Of a DNA stretch of 64,000 nucleotides, positions 11,777 to 21,492 are shown one piece after another. Within the stretch, counting starts at the first letter, position 1; the number at the start of each line of letters is the position of its first letter. Location of the stretch: positions 27,054-91,053 of the forward strand of contig JANOAV010000174.1 in the NCBI GenBank assembly GCA_031411295.1, in the 5' to 3' direction. The position numbers and the translations under genes were made by a program. The notes beneath the pieces were generated by a model. It searched no databases, was not told where the DNA came from, and saw nothing but the letters and a program-made list of their open reading frames with translations. This stretch comes from Verrucomicrobiales bacterium (GTDB lineage: Bacteria; Verrucomicrobiota; Verrucomicrobiia; Verrucomicrobiales; V1-33).

Positions 11777-11848
11777 TGCTGATGGGCCATTGCAAAATCA
11801 GGCGGCGTTTCTATGCGTCCGGCAAGCTTGGGCGACGCTTTGAGCGGC

Positions 11849-12370
11849 TTATTTCGCGGCCTTGAGGGCGGCTTCGATAGCTGCTTTGACGGTGTCCACG
11901 TGCTGTTCTGGTTTCACTTCCAGATCCCGCCAGACGATCTTGCCGTCCAGCACCAGAAAGGACTGGCGCTTGGGGAAACCGGGCTTCATTTCGGGCACTC
12001 CAAACGCCTTCACGATCTTGCCTTCAGTATCGGCCAACAGGGTGAACGGAAGCTTTTGTTGATCGACGAAGCTTTTCTGATCCTCGACTTTATCCATGCT
12101 CACGCCGATGATTTGCAGGCCGGTCTTCTTGAGGTCAGCGAAATTATCCCGCAGGCCGCAAACTTCCTTAGTGCAGCCACCCGTGTGCGCCTTGGGATAA
12201 AAGAACACGAGCACTAGTCCGCGCTTATAAATAGTATCCAACGAGACTTCCTTGCCTTCCTGATCCGTCCCGGTCAGACGCGGGGCTTGCGTCCCCACGG
12301 CCAGAGGATCTGCAATAACATTCAAGGACAGGGTGATGAGAGCGACAACGGACAGGAGGAGGGATTTCAT
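11849..12370 (-). CDS. bcp: Exported BCP/PrxQ peroxiredoxin
   Basis: FFYPKAHTGGCTKEVC motif plus a signal peptide. Confidence 0.88.
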   Translation of the reverse strand: MKSLLLSVVALITLSLNVIADPLAVGTQAPRLTGTDQEGKEVSLDTIYKRGLVLVFFYPKAHTGGCTKEVCGLRDNFADLKKTGLQIIGVSMDKVEDQKSFVDQQKLPFTLLADTEGKIVKAFGVPEMKPGFPKRQSFLVLDGKIVWRDLEVKPEQHVDTVKAAIEAALKAAK

Positions 12371-12624
12371 AATAGGGTAGTTTTGACGCTTTTGCGCGAC
12401 TTCCGCAAGATCACGCGTCTCCGTAAGTGCGTTGCGGAATGTGGAACAGAAGAAAAGAAGTTGGGGAAGAAGGAAGTGGGGGAGTGGTTTGCTTCATTTT
12501 CTCCCTGACTTCTGTTCAGAAAAACGAAAGCGCGGAAACTTGGCTTTCCAACTTGGGCCACGTTGAGAAAAAAACTTACCTGCGGGTGAATAAAGTCGTG
12601 GCGCAGCCGTCAAAATTCTTGAAA

Positions 12625-13269
12625 ATGGAAACCGTAATGACGGCTATCACCACCCTAGACCTGCCCGCTGAAGGAACCGCAGAATCCGCTGACCCAGCGG
12701 ATATGGCCTTGGTGTTGCGCTGTCAGAACGGGGACCAGCATGCCTTTGAAACGATTGTTACCCGCTACCGGGGAAAGATTTACGCCATGATTGTGAATAT
12801 GACAGGAAACGATGCTGACGCCTGGGACCTCGCGCAAGAGGTCTTCCTGAAGGCGTGGCGCGCGCTGCCGAAGTTCGAGGCGCGCTCCAGTTTCTATACT
12901 TGGATTTACCGCATCACCCACAACGTCACCTATGATTGGCTGCGCAAGAAGAAGATCACGGGCTCAGAGTTCGACGATACGCTGGGCACCCCGGATATTG
13001 CTGCGGGGGCCCACACGGTGCCTTATGGGGATACTTCACCCGATACCCTGATGGAGAATCGGGAGTTGGGCAGCGAGATCAAAGCCGCCCTGCAGGAACT
13101 GTCCCCTGAGCACCGCGCCATTATTTTACTCAAAGAAATCGACGGCCTGAGCTATCAAGAAATTTCTGAAAGCCTCGGAATCACCATGGGCACCGTGATG
13201 AGCCGTTTGTTCTACGCCCGCAAGAAATTGCAAACCCTGCTCCAGCACCTAGCTCCTGGGCACCCCTAA
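12625..13269 (+). CDS. ECF RNA polymerase sigma factor
   Basis: DAWDLAQEVFLKAW, FYTWIYRI, LSYQEI..GTVMSRLFYAR. Confidence 0.95.
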   Translation: METVMTAITTLDLPAEGTAESADPADMALVLRCQNGDQHAFETIVTRYRGKIYAMIVNMTGNDADAWDLAQEVFLKAWRALPKFEARSSFYTWIYRITHNVTYDWLRKKKITGSEFDDTLGTPDIAAGAHTVPYGDTSPDTLMENRELGSEIKAALQELSPEHRAIILLKEIDGLSYQEISESLGITMGTVMSRLFYARKKLQTLLQHLAPGHP

Positions 13270-13289
13270 TTTTCACCCCACCAGATCCT

Positions 13290-13949
13290 ATGAACCAGAA
13301 CCCAAACCAACCATCCCAAGAGGAAGCCCTCACCCGGTTTATCGACGGAGAGGCCTCCGTGCCCCAACCGTCGCTGCCGCCGGAATGGCTGACTGAGAAA
13401 GCCGCTGCCCAGCAGGTGGGAAATCTGCTCCGGGCTCATCTGCCAGCCCATCAAGAGCCGCCGTCGGAGGAATTCTTCGTTTCCCAACTGATGCAGAAAA
13501 TTGCGGAGGAAAGCCCACAACTTGCTCCAATTTCCAACGTGATCGCCCCCAGTTTCTGGAGTCGATTCCGCGTCTGGCTGGCACCCCTGGCCACCGCTGC
13601 AGCGGTGCTGGTAGTGGGTGGAGTGGTGTTGCAACAGAAGGCGGCCACCACGGAACAGAAATTGGCGAAAATGACCACCATTGGCAGCCGCATCCAGGCT
13701 TATACGCCAGATCCCAAGGTCTCGGCCAGCTTGAAATTTGACGACTCCGCGCAAGCCACCGTTATCAACTTGGTGGGCTTGGAAGCCGTGCCGGACACCC
13801 AGGAAATCAAGGCCTACAATGTGGCCAGCAGTCGTGCCTCCAGCCCCGGTGCGCCTCAGCAGTTCTTTGCTGCCAATGATCCCACCAAATTACTCTTCGT
13901 TATGTTTCCGGGCCAGGATGGAGCCCCGGCCATCCACGAATTACACTAA
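13290..13949 (+). CDS. Putative transmembrane anti-sigma factor
   Basis: Directly follows the ECF sigma; N-terminal LTRFIDGE (RseA-like) and one TM helix. Confidence 0.75.
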   Translation: MNQNPNQPSQEEALTRFIDGEASVPQPSLPPEWLTEKAAAQQVGNLLRAHLPAHQEPPSEEFFVSQLMQKIAEESPQLAPISNVIAPSFWSRFRVWLAPLATAAAVLVVGGVVLQQKAATTEQKLAKMTTIGSRIQAYTPDPKVSASLKFDDSAQATVINLVGLEAVPDTQEIKAYNVASSRASSPGAPQQFFAANDPTKLLFVMFPGQDGAPAIHELH

Positions 13950-13954
13950 TTGTC

Positions 13955-14452
13955 ATGAGGAATCTCTGCTGCCTGATCCTGCTCTTGTTCGCCCTCTCCT
14001 CGGCCCCGCCCCTGCGTGCGGCCGACCCGGAGGACAAGGTCGTGGGCTTGCTGGATGGATTGCTCTTTTTTGCCACGAACGACAAAGTTTCTGAGGTGAC
14101 GGAGGAAATGCAGGAAGCTGCGGCCACCCTGGATCCCAAGCTGATGGCAGACTTGCGGTTGCGGCTGGCCAAGGCCTTTCCCGAGCAGAAAAATTACCAA
14201 CTGCTGGGACGGCACACCCAGAATGTGCTGCAGCAATATGAGAGTTGGGTGGTGCCCTCAAAGGACCTCTGCCTGAAGATCGATTCCCGCGGCCCTACAG
14301 CCGATAATGGGATCAAACTCCACGTCCAACTTTGGCAGGAAAAGAAAGTGCTCGTGAAATGTGACGCTGTCCTCAAGCCCGCCAACCCGGTATTTATCGG
14401 CGGTCCCAATTGGCGCGGCGGTCGCTTGGTTTTTGTGGTGGTGCAGAAGTAA
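13955..14452 (+). CDS. Secreted hypothetical protein, third gene of the ECF cluster
   Basis: Signal peptide; starts 5 bp after the anti-sigma stop. Confidence 0.7.
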   Translation: MRNLCCLILLLFALSSAPPLRAADPEDKVVGLLDGLLFFATNDKVSEVTEEMQEAAATLDPKLMADLRLRLAKAFPEQKNYQLLGRHTQNVLQQYESWVVPSKDLCLKIDSRGPTADNGIKLHVQLWQEKKVLVKCDAVLKPANPVFIGGPNWRGGRLVFVVVQK

Positions 14453-14581
14453 TTCCGAACGGTGGTCCGCACAGTCCTCTGTGTATTGGAATATCATGAG
14501 CCGGCCAGAGGACTTTGCAGTCAACCTCGTTGCTTTTAGTCATTCCTCTTGCCCCGGTGGGAAATTCAGTCGAATTAGGAC

Positions 14582-15844
14582 GTGTCTATGAATGAACCTG
14601 CCACCAGTCCCGCTCCTGTTTCCGTCCCCCGTCCGCGCAAAGTCAATGTGCGCACGCCGGAGGTGATGACGCGCGTGCAGGCCCAGGTGGAGACGCATTA
14701 CCGCAGCAGCGTGGTGGAACGAATTCGGCAGGCTGGGGGAGTGCTCAAGATTGGGCACACCACGGTGCGTTTGGCGAAACAATTCGGATTCTGTTATGGC
14801 GTCGAGCGGGCGATTGATCTGGCCTATGCCGCGCGCAAAGTTTTCTCGGACAAGAAATTGTTTCTCATTGGGGAAATCATTCACAACCCGGAAGTGAATC
14901 GGCAACTGAAGGAAATGGACATCGAATTCATGCCGAATCCCGTGCCGGAGGAACGCATTCGGCAGTTGTCGGCGGATGATGTGGTGATCGTGCCAGCGTT
15001 TGGCGCGGAGACGGCTACGATGAACCAGATTCACGAACAGGGTTGCATGGTGGTTGATACCACCTGTGGGGATGTCATGAGCGTGTGGCGTCGGGTGCGG
15101 GATTATGCCAAACGCGGCTATACCTCGGTGATTCATGGCAAGGCGCAGCATGAGGAAACACGCGCCACCTCCTCCCGCGCGTTGGGTGAAGCAGGGACAG
15201 GACACTATTTGGTGATCCTCACGCTGGCAGACTGTGATTACGTTTGTGACTACATTCGGCACGGAGGAAACAAAACGGAATTCCTCGCACGATTCAGAGG
15301 AGCGGTCTCACCAGGGTTCGATCCGGATCTGCACTTGGTGCGCATTGGGGTGGCGAATCAGACGACGATGTTGAAATCGGAAACCCAGGAATTGGAGCGT
15401 CGCATCGCCCAAGCAGTGCGGGACCGCGATGGCGTGGCCGAGGGGAATGGAGAAAATTTCACCTACTTCGATACGATTTGCGGAGCCACCCAGGAACGTC
15501 AGGACGCGCTCTATGAATTGCTCAAGGAACCCCTGGCGGCTTTGCTGGTGGTGGGCGGATATAATAGCTCGAACACCGCCCACTTGGTGGAAATTGGTCA
15601 GGAACAACTCCCGACCTTTTTCATTCGGGATGCAGCTTGCCTGACTTCATTGGAGGAAATTGTGCATTATGATCTCCACCATAAGAGCGAGTCCACCAGT
15701 CGCACCGCCGTGTTAGCGAGTGCGGAGCCGGTGGTCATCGGAATTACGGCAGGTGCCTCCTGCCCGAATAATCTCATTGAAGAAACCGTGCTGCGGGTCT
15801 TCGCGCTGCGTGGTATTTCCCCGGAACAAGTGCTAGCTGTATGA
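14582..15844 (+). CDS. ispH: 4-hydroxy-3-methylbut-2-enyl diphosphate reductase
   Basis: FGFCYGVERA, EIIHNP, DTTCG, ANQTTM, DTICGATQERQ, SSNT, TAGASCP. Confidence 0.96.
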   Translation: MSMNEPATSPAPVSVPRPRKVNVRTPEVMTRVQAQVETHYRSSVVERIRQAGGVLKIGHTTVRLAKQFGFCYGVERAIDLAYAARKVFSDKKLFLIGEIIHNPEVNRQLKEMDIEFMPNPVPEERIRQLSADDVVIVPAFGAETATMNQIHEQGCMVVDTTCGDVMSVWRRVRDYAKRGYTSVIHGKAQHEETRATSSRALGEAGTGHYLVILTLADCDYVCDYIRHGGNKTEFLARFRGAVSPGFDPDLHLVRIGVANQTTMLKSETQELERRIAQAVRDRDGVAEGNGENFTYFDTICGATQERQDALYELLKEPLAALLVVGGYNSSNTAHLVEIGQEQLPTFFIRDAACLTSLEEIVHYDLHHKSESTSRTAVLASAEPVVIGITAGASCPNNLIEETVLRVFALRGISPEQVLAV

Positions 15845-16497
15845 AGCCATCTGAAGTCGAAATCTTTACTTCCCTGCAACAAAGCGCCATTGTGGCGGTG
15901 TTGATGATTGACCGTGTCGAAGATGCGGTGCCGGTGGCGGAAGCCCTGTTGGCTGGGGGCGTGAACGCCATGGAACTCACGCTGCGCACACCTGCTGCCA
16001 TGGGCGCGTTGGTGAAAATCAGGCGTCACGTGCCTGCAATGATGGCGGGGATTGGCACCATCCTCACCACCGATCAGGTGCAGCAGGTGGTGGACAGTGG
16101 AGCCTCCTTCGGGGTGGCACCGGGAATGAATCCCCGCATCGTGGAATGCGCGTTGCATGCGGGACTGCCCTTCGCCCCCGGCATTTGCACGCCGAGCGAT
16201 ATCGAACGCGCCTTGGAATTCGATCGGAAATTTCTCAAATTTTTCCCGTGTGAACCCTGCGGCGGTTTGAAGTATTTGGATGCTATTGCCGCTCCGTATG
16301 CCCATCTGGGTCTGAAATACGTTCCCCTTGGCGGCGTGAATCAGGATAACTGCAGCACTTATTTGCAGAACCCGAATGTGGGAGCGCTGGGCGGTTCTTG
16401 GCTGGCTCCCAAACCGCTAATCGCAGCCAAAGACTGGGCCGCCATTGAAACCAACGCCCGCTTGGCGATTGCGGCCCGGGATCAAGTGCGAGGGTAG
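15841..16497 (+). CDS. eda: KDPG/KHG aldolase
   Basis: ELTLRT, GIGTIL, TPSDI, LKFFP, PLGGV, GGSWL. Confidence 0.92.
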   Translation: MKPSEVEIFTSLQQSAIVAVLMIDRVEDAVPVAEALLAGGVNAMELTLRTPAAMGALVKIRRHVPAMMAGIGTILTTDQVQQVVDSGASFGVAPGMNPRIVECALHAGLPFAPGICTPSDIERALEFDRKFLKFFPCEPCGGLKYLDAIAAPYAHLGLKYVPLGGVNQDNCSTYLQNPNVGALGGSWLAPKPLIAAKDWAAIETNARLAIAARDQVRG

Positions 16498-16523
16498 TGG
16501 CCGAAATCTCCATCATGGACACA

Positions 16524-16553
16524 GCAAAGCCGACTGACTCCAGTCGGCCTTGC
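16524..16553. terminator. Hairpin between the convergent eda and ndk genes
   Basis: GCAAAGCCGACTG-ACTC-CAGTCGGCCTTGC inverted repeat. Confidence 0.5.
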
Positions 16554-16575
16554 AGTGAGTTTTGGGCGGCTCAGC

Positions 16576-16995
16576 TTAAAGCACTTCGCCAGCCTTGAAG
16601 AAGCGCTTCAGTTCGGCCTCGGCAGCTTCCAGGCCGTCGCTGGCGTGGCAGACGTTGATCATATTATCGACGCCCAGGTCGCCCCGGATGGTGCCTTTTT
16701 CCGCTTTGCGGGAGTCGGTTGGCCCGAGCATGTCCCGCACGGCGGAAATGACGTTTTCTCCGCTGAGGGCCAGCGCGATGACCGGACTGGTCTGCATGAA
16801 GGCGGCTACGTCGGGGAAGAATGGCTTGTCGGCAATGTGGGAGTAGTGCTCGCGCAGGATGGCGTCGTCCAACTGCATGAGTTTGAGACCGCGGATTTTG
16901 TATCCGGCGGCTTCGAAGCGCTTGAGGACCTCACCGCAGTTGCCTTTGGTGACGGTGTCGGGTTTCAGGAGAATGAGAGTAGTTTCTTGTGACAT
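16576..16995 (-). CDS. ndk: Nucleoside diphosphate kinase
   Basis: LLKPD, KPFF, GTIRGD, NVCHASD. Confidence 0.97.
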   Translation of the reverse strand: MSQETTLILLKPDTVTKGNCGEVLKRFEAAGYKIRGLKLMQLDDAILREHYSHIADKPFFPDVAAFMQTSPVIALALSGENVISAVRDMLGPTDSRKAEKGTIRGDLGVDNMINVCHASDGLEAAEAELKRFFKAGEVL

Positions 16996-17156
16996 GGGCG
17001 GTGGATTTAGTCAGTTTTGCCCAGTTTGCAAGAAGCCTTCTCAGGGAAAATGGTCATTTAGTTGCGAGAACGGGGAAATTTGTGCTTTTCCTTGCGATTT
17101 AGATGAGGTTGGTTAAAGCAACCGTAGCGCGCAGTTTGGCGCGACCAATCACAAAA

Positions 17157-18173
17157 ATGACATCCACTATCGCCAATAGCCCATCGGGGACCGACCTGGA
17201 CGAGCGCTTCGCTCAGGGGTTCAAGTGGATGCTCCTCTCGCGGACGCTGGAGGAGAAAATTTCCAGTCTGTATGGAGCGGGCAAAATTGTCGGCGGCGTG
17301 TATTTGGGTAAAGGGCAGGAAGCCTTTAGCACCGCGCTGGCCATGAGTTTGCAACGCGGAAAGGACGTCTTCGCCCCGCTGATCCGGGATCAGGCTGGGC
17401 GCATGGCCTTTGGCGAGGACATGATCGATACCCTGCGGACTTACCTTGGATCTGTGTTAGGGCCGATGCGGGGCCGGGACGGAAATATTCACCGAGGCCG
17501 CCCGGATCGAGGCATGCCAGCGATGATTTCCCATCTGGGAGCCATGATTTCTGTCGTCTGCGGGATGCTCATGGCGCGTCGCTTCCGCGGGCTGACCGAC
17601 GTGGTGGGGGCCAGCTCGATTGGCGATGGAGGCACTTCGACGGGCGCCTTCCACGAAGCGTTAAATTTAGCGGCGGTGGAAAAATTGCCGTTAGTGGTTG
17701 CCGTGGCCAACAATCAATTTGCTTATTCCACCCCCAACGATCGGCAGTTCGCCTGTCGGGACCTGGTGGAGAAGGCCGCTGGATATGGGATCGCTGGCCA
17801 CAGTGTGGACGGCTTGGACTTGGCTGCTTGTTTGGAAGTGTTCGGTCAAGCTGTGGCACAGGCTCGCAACGGCGGGGGGCCGCAGTTGGTGGTCGGTTCC
17901 ATGCTGCGCCTCTGCGGTCATGGGGAGCACGATGATGCCTCCTACGTGCCTGCTGAATTAAAGGCCAGCGCTCAGGATTGCTTGAAACGAGCCCGCGAAC
18001 AAATGCTGGCGCGTAATTTGGCGACTCCTCAGCAGTTGGAAGTGATGGAAGCCGAGGCCTACGAGGTCGTGCAGGCGACTGTGATCCAGGTGCAAAATGA
18101 ACCCACCCCGAACCCAGCCCAAGAAACCTGGACTCCACTGGCGTCCAGTTGGCTGATGGAGGGAATCGCATGA
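17157..18173 (+). CDS. TPP-dependent 2-oxoacid dehydrogenase E1 alpha subunit
   Basis: GQEA, GDGGTSTGAFHEALN..NNQFAYS TPP motif, RLCGHGEHD. Confidence 0.9.
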   Translation: MTSTIANSPSGTDLDERFAQGFKWMLLSRTLEEKISSLYGAGKIVGGVYLGKGQEAFSTALAMSLQRGKDVFAPLIRDQAGRMAFGEDMIDTLRTYLGSVLGPMRGRDGNIHRGRPDRGMPAMISHLGAMISVVCGMLMARRFRGLTDVVGASSIGDGGTSTGAFHEALNLAAVEKLPLVVAVANNQFAYSTPNDRQFACRDLVEKAAGYGIAGHSVDGLDLAACLEVFGQAVAQARNGGGPQLVVGSMLRLCGHGEHDDASYVPAELKASAQDCLKRAREQMLARNLATPQQLEVMEAEAYEVVQATVIQVQNEPTPNPAQETWTPLASSWLMEGIA

Positions 18174-19135
18174 GTATCACCTATCTCGAAGCCATCCGTG
18201 AGGCCATGCGCCAAGCCCTAACGCAGGATGATGCGGTCTTCCTCTACGGCCAGGACATTGGCAGTTTTGGCGGAGCCTTCAAGGCCACGAAGAATCTCGC
18301 CAACGAGTTTCCCGGGCGTGTCTTGGATGCCCCGATCAGTGAGGATGCCATGCTCGGCATGGCCATCGGAGCTGCGATTGATGGGATGCGGCCCATTGTG
18401 GAAATGCAGTTTGCGGACTTCTCCAGCATCGCCTTCAACCAGATTGTTAATCAGGCGGCCACTCACTTCTGGCGCACGGGCGTGCCTTGTCCGTTGGTGG
18501 TGCGGCTGCCCAGCGGCGGCACCTCTGGCAGCGGGCCATTTCACAGCCAATCGTTGGAGAGCATCTACGCTCATTTCCCCGGCTTGATCGTGCTGACGCC
18601 AGCTACGGTGGGGGATGCCTACTCCATGCTGTTGGAAGCGGTGAAATTGAATGATCCAGTGATCTTCTGCGAACACAAATTCCTTTATTACCACCTCAAG
18701 GCCGATGGCTTGCCGACGGAAAATTTACCCATCGGCAAAGCGCGTATCGCCCGCCACGGCAAGCACGCCACCCTGGTGACCTACAGCGCCATGCTGCACG
18801 AAAGCTTGCGTGCGGCGGATGAGTTAGCGCAGGATGGCTACGAAATCGAGGTCGTGGACCTGCGCAGCGTGAAGCCGCTGGACACGGATACCGTGCTAGC
18901 CAGCGTGGCGCGCACGGGGCGTTTGTTAGTGGTCGGGGAAAGTTTCCCGTGGGGCGGGGTCAGCGCAGAAGTGATCAGTCGCGTGGTGACCGATGGATTC
19001 CATTTGCTGGACGCTCCACCGCAGCGGCTTAACTCCAAGGACACGCCCATTCCTTACCACCCGAATCTCTGGGGCACCCACCGCCCCACGGCCAATACCA
19101 TCAGCCAGGAGTTGCGACGCTTGGTTGGGTTCTAA
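18170..19135 (+). CDS. 2-oxoacid dehydrogenase E1 beta subunit
   Basis: DAPISE, EMQFADF, PFHSQS, EHKFLY, DLRSVKPLD; ATGA overlap with the alpha gene. Confidence 0.92.
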   Translation: MSITYLEAIREAMRQALTQDDAVFLYGQDIGSFGGAFKATKNLANEFPGRVLDAPISEDAMLGMAIGAAIDGMRPIVEMQFADFSSIAFNQIVNQAATHFWRTGVPCPLVVRLPSGGTSGSGPFHSQSLESIYAHFPGLIVLTPATVGDAYSMLLEAVKLNDPVIFCEHKFLYYHLKADGLPTENLPIGKARIARHGKHATLVTYSAMLHESLRAADELAQDGYEIEVVDLRSVKPLDTDTVLASVARTGRLLVVGESFPWGGVSAEVISRVVTDGFHLLDAPPQRLNSKDTPIPYHPNLWGTHRPTANTISQELRRLVGF

Positions 19136-19989
19136 GCGAAGACCACGGTCTTGTTGTCATAGGGCAGCACTTTCTGCCGCACATGCCACATGACGGCCCG
19201 CGAGAGCACGATCTTTTCCAGATCCTTGCCTAACCGCACCAGATCTTCCACGGATTGACGATGCGAAACGCGGATTACGTCCTGTTCGATGATCGGTCCT
19301 TCATCCAAGTCCGCCGTCACATAGTGGCTGGTGGCCCCAATGATTTTCACGCCCCGACGGTGAGCGGAGTGATACGGCCGGGCTCCGGGAAAGGCGGGCA
19401 GGAAACTATGATGGATGTTGATGATCCGATTCCGGTAAATCGTTGCGAAATTATCGCTGAGAATTTGCATATAGCGCGCCAGCACCACGGTATCGATGTC
19501 ATTTGCCTCCAGCAGCGCCAGTTGTTTGGCTTCCTGTTCGGCTTTGTTCGTGGCCGTGATCGGGAAGACGTGAAATGGAATCCCGAAGCGGTCCGCCACC
19601 GGTCGCAATAACTCATGATTGCTTACCACCAGGGCAATCTCTGCGCCCAGTTCTCCGGCATCACTGCGGGCCAGGAGATCGTAGAGGCAATGCTTGTCTT
19701 TGCTGACAAATAAGGCCAGCCGATGCTTGTCATCAGAAAAACTGAGCGACCATTTCATCTGCCGCGGCTCTGCCACATATTGGAACACCCGGGCCACTTC
19801 CTCCCGCGGAATGCGGAACCCATCCAATTGCCATTCCACCCGCATGAAGAACACCCCTGCGTCCGCATCGGTATGTTGATCCAGATGCACCACGTTACCG
19901 CCATTTTCATAAATGAAGTCGGCAACGCAACGCACCAGACCGGGTTGGTCAGGGCAGTGAATCAGGAGAATGGCGGTAGGGCTGGGCAT
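19132..19989 (-). CDS. purU: Formyltetrahydrofolate deformylase
   Basis: ACT domain CPDQPGLV, LARYMQIL, INIHHSFLPAF, GATSHYVT.DLDEGPII. Confidence 0.96.
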   Translation of the reverse strand: MPSPTAILLIHCPDQPGLVRCVADFIYENGGNVVHLDQHTDADAGVFFMRVEWQLDGFRIPREEVARVFQYVAEPRQMKWSLSFSDDKHRLALFVSKDKHCLYDLLARSDAGELGAEIALVVSNHELLRPVADRFGIPFHVFPITATNKAEQEAKQLALLEANDIDTVVLARYMQILSDNFATIYRNRIINIHHSFLPAFPGARPYHSAHRRGVKIIGATSHYVTADLDEGPIIEQDVIRVSHRQSVEDLVRLGKDLEKIVLSRAVMWHVRQKVLPYDNKTVVFA

Positions 19990-20248
19990 AGCGATGAGAC
20001 CGATAGCTTGAATTCAAGCGGTGGCAAGCGTCGGCTTGAGGGGCGAAGTTCATCGATCCGACAAGGAAATCGCACCGTAGCCGTCGGAGTCCAATCCGAA
20101 GTCGTGATCCACGCCGAAAAGGCCTGCTTCGCCTTCTGCAGGAAGCAGTTCACGCTAAACATCCGTAACTTTTTTGTCCTGCACCCTCTCCGAATTCTTC
20201 CTTCATTTTAATGTTGACCTAACGGGCGAAAACTCAAACAATGGCCGT

Positions 20249-21439
20249 ATGAGCATTCCAAGACTTCTCTTTCTCCCTGTTCTGGCTGGCGCTGAATTAC
20301 AGGCGGCACCCACTTTTTCCACCGATGTCGGTGGAGGTGTCACCACGGATCTCTTTGATATTTCCCAGGGTGCTCAGGTGATTCAGACGACGAATGTCTT
20401 GCAGTTTGGCGGGGAAGATATTCGCGAAGCGTTTGGCGGCAGCGGGGGCATTGAGGGTGGCAACGTGATCTTTGAGGATGGGCCGGGCTTGGGATCCATT
20501 GATACGGTGCTGTGGCAGACGGCCCAGACGATCAATCTCACTTCTGTGGAACTACGTTTCTCGCAAGACGGGGCCAGCCCGAATCGAGGGACCGCGGCTT
20601 ATAATTTGTTCTCCACCCAGGATGGCATCAACTATACTTCTGTTTCTAGTGGGGCGGTTCCGTTGGTCGGTGGGCCAGGGACTTCGATGGTAAATAACGC
20701 GCTGCTGATCAGTGACGCGGCCTTGGGGGCGGGCACTACAGCGGTGAGGGGATTCAAGTTAGAGATAACGCGGAATTCTGGCGCGGGTCCACGTTTTGTC
20801 GAGATCGATGGGATGGGATCGATCACCACACAGACAGCCAATTATCATGATCGGCTGGCGTTTAATTCCATTACTAATGGCGCTTACATGGGACAAGCGG
20901 GCAACGATGAAGCGCCCGGTTCGGCCACGAACTTTTCTACCAGTCCCAGTATCGGTGGGAACACGGATGATGTGCGGGAAGCCTTCGGCAAAACGGGCGG
21001 TCCCATTGAGCCAGGGACGTTTATCTTCGATGATGGTGGGACGGCGGATAATGGCAATACCATCTTTGGAGACGGCGGGGAGTTTGTCGATTTCATCGCG
21101 TGGCAATCGACCACGCCTTTGACGCTGGCGGGTTTCAAACTAAGCCTCACGGGTGATGGTGGCGGCAATCCATTCCGCGATACGGAGTTGGTGCGTTTTC
21201 TGGTGGAAGGAACGCAGGTGGACTTGTTTGATAACAATGGCTTCGACGGAGATGTGACGCGGCTTTTTGCAGGCGGGGCGGTCGTGGGGGATGATTTCCG
21301 CATTGAGTTCACGCGCACGACCACTGGGGGCGCTCGGTTGCTTGAAATTGACGCCATTCTCGGGGTGGTGCCGGAGCCTAGTTCGATGATGTTAGGCCTT
21401 GTCGGTGGCCTGGTTCTGTTCCGCCGCCGTCGCGCCTAG
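20249..21439 (+). CDS. PEP-CTERM sorting-domain protein with a duplicated N-terminal domain
   Basis: Signal peptide; C-terminus VPEPSSMMLGLVGGLVLFRRRRA. Confidence 0.9.
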   Translation: MSIPRLLFLPVLAGAELQAAPTFSTDVGGGVTTDLFDISQGAQVIQTTNVLQFGGEDIREAFGGSGGIEGGNVIFEDGPGLGSIDTVLWQTAQTINLTSVELRFSQDGASPNRGTAAYNLFSTQDGINYTSVSSGAVPLVGGPGTSMVNNALLISDAALGAGTTAVRGFKLEITRNSGAGPRFVEIDGMGSITTQTANYHDRLAFNSITNGAYMGQAGNDEAPGSATNFSTSPSIGGNTDDVREAFGKTGGPIEPGTFIFDDGGTADNGNTIFGDGGEFVDFIAWQSTTPLTLAGFKLSLTGDGGGNPFRDTELVRFLVEGTQVDLFDNNGFDGDVTRLFAGGAVVGDDFRIEFTRTTTGGARLLEIDAILGVVPEPSSMMLGLVGGLVLFRRRRA

Positions 21440-21492
21440 AATCATAAATTTTAAACATCGCGTTCGGGGGTGTTGGTGACTAGGATTGCGCC

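Noticed and set aside
19990..20200. Possible gene fragment between purU and the PEP-CTERM gene
   Set aside because: Short open frames exist, but none gave a motif I could recognise.
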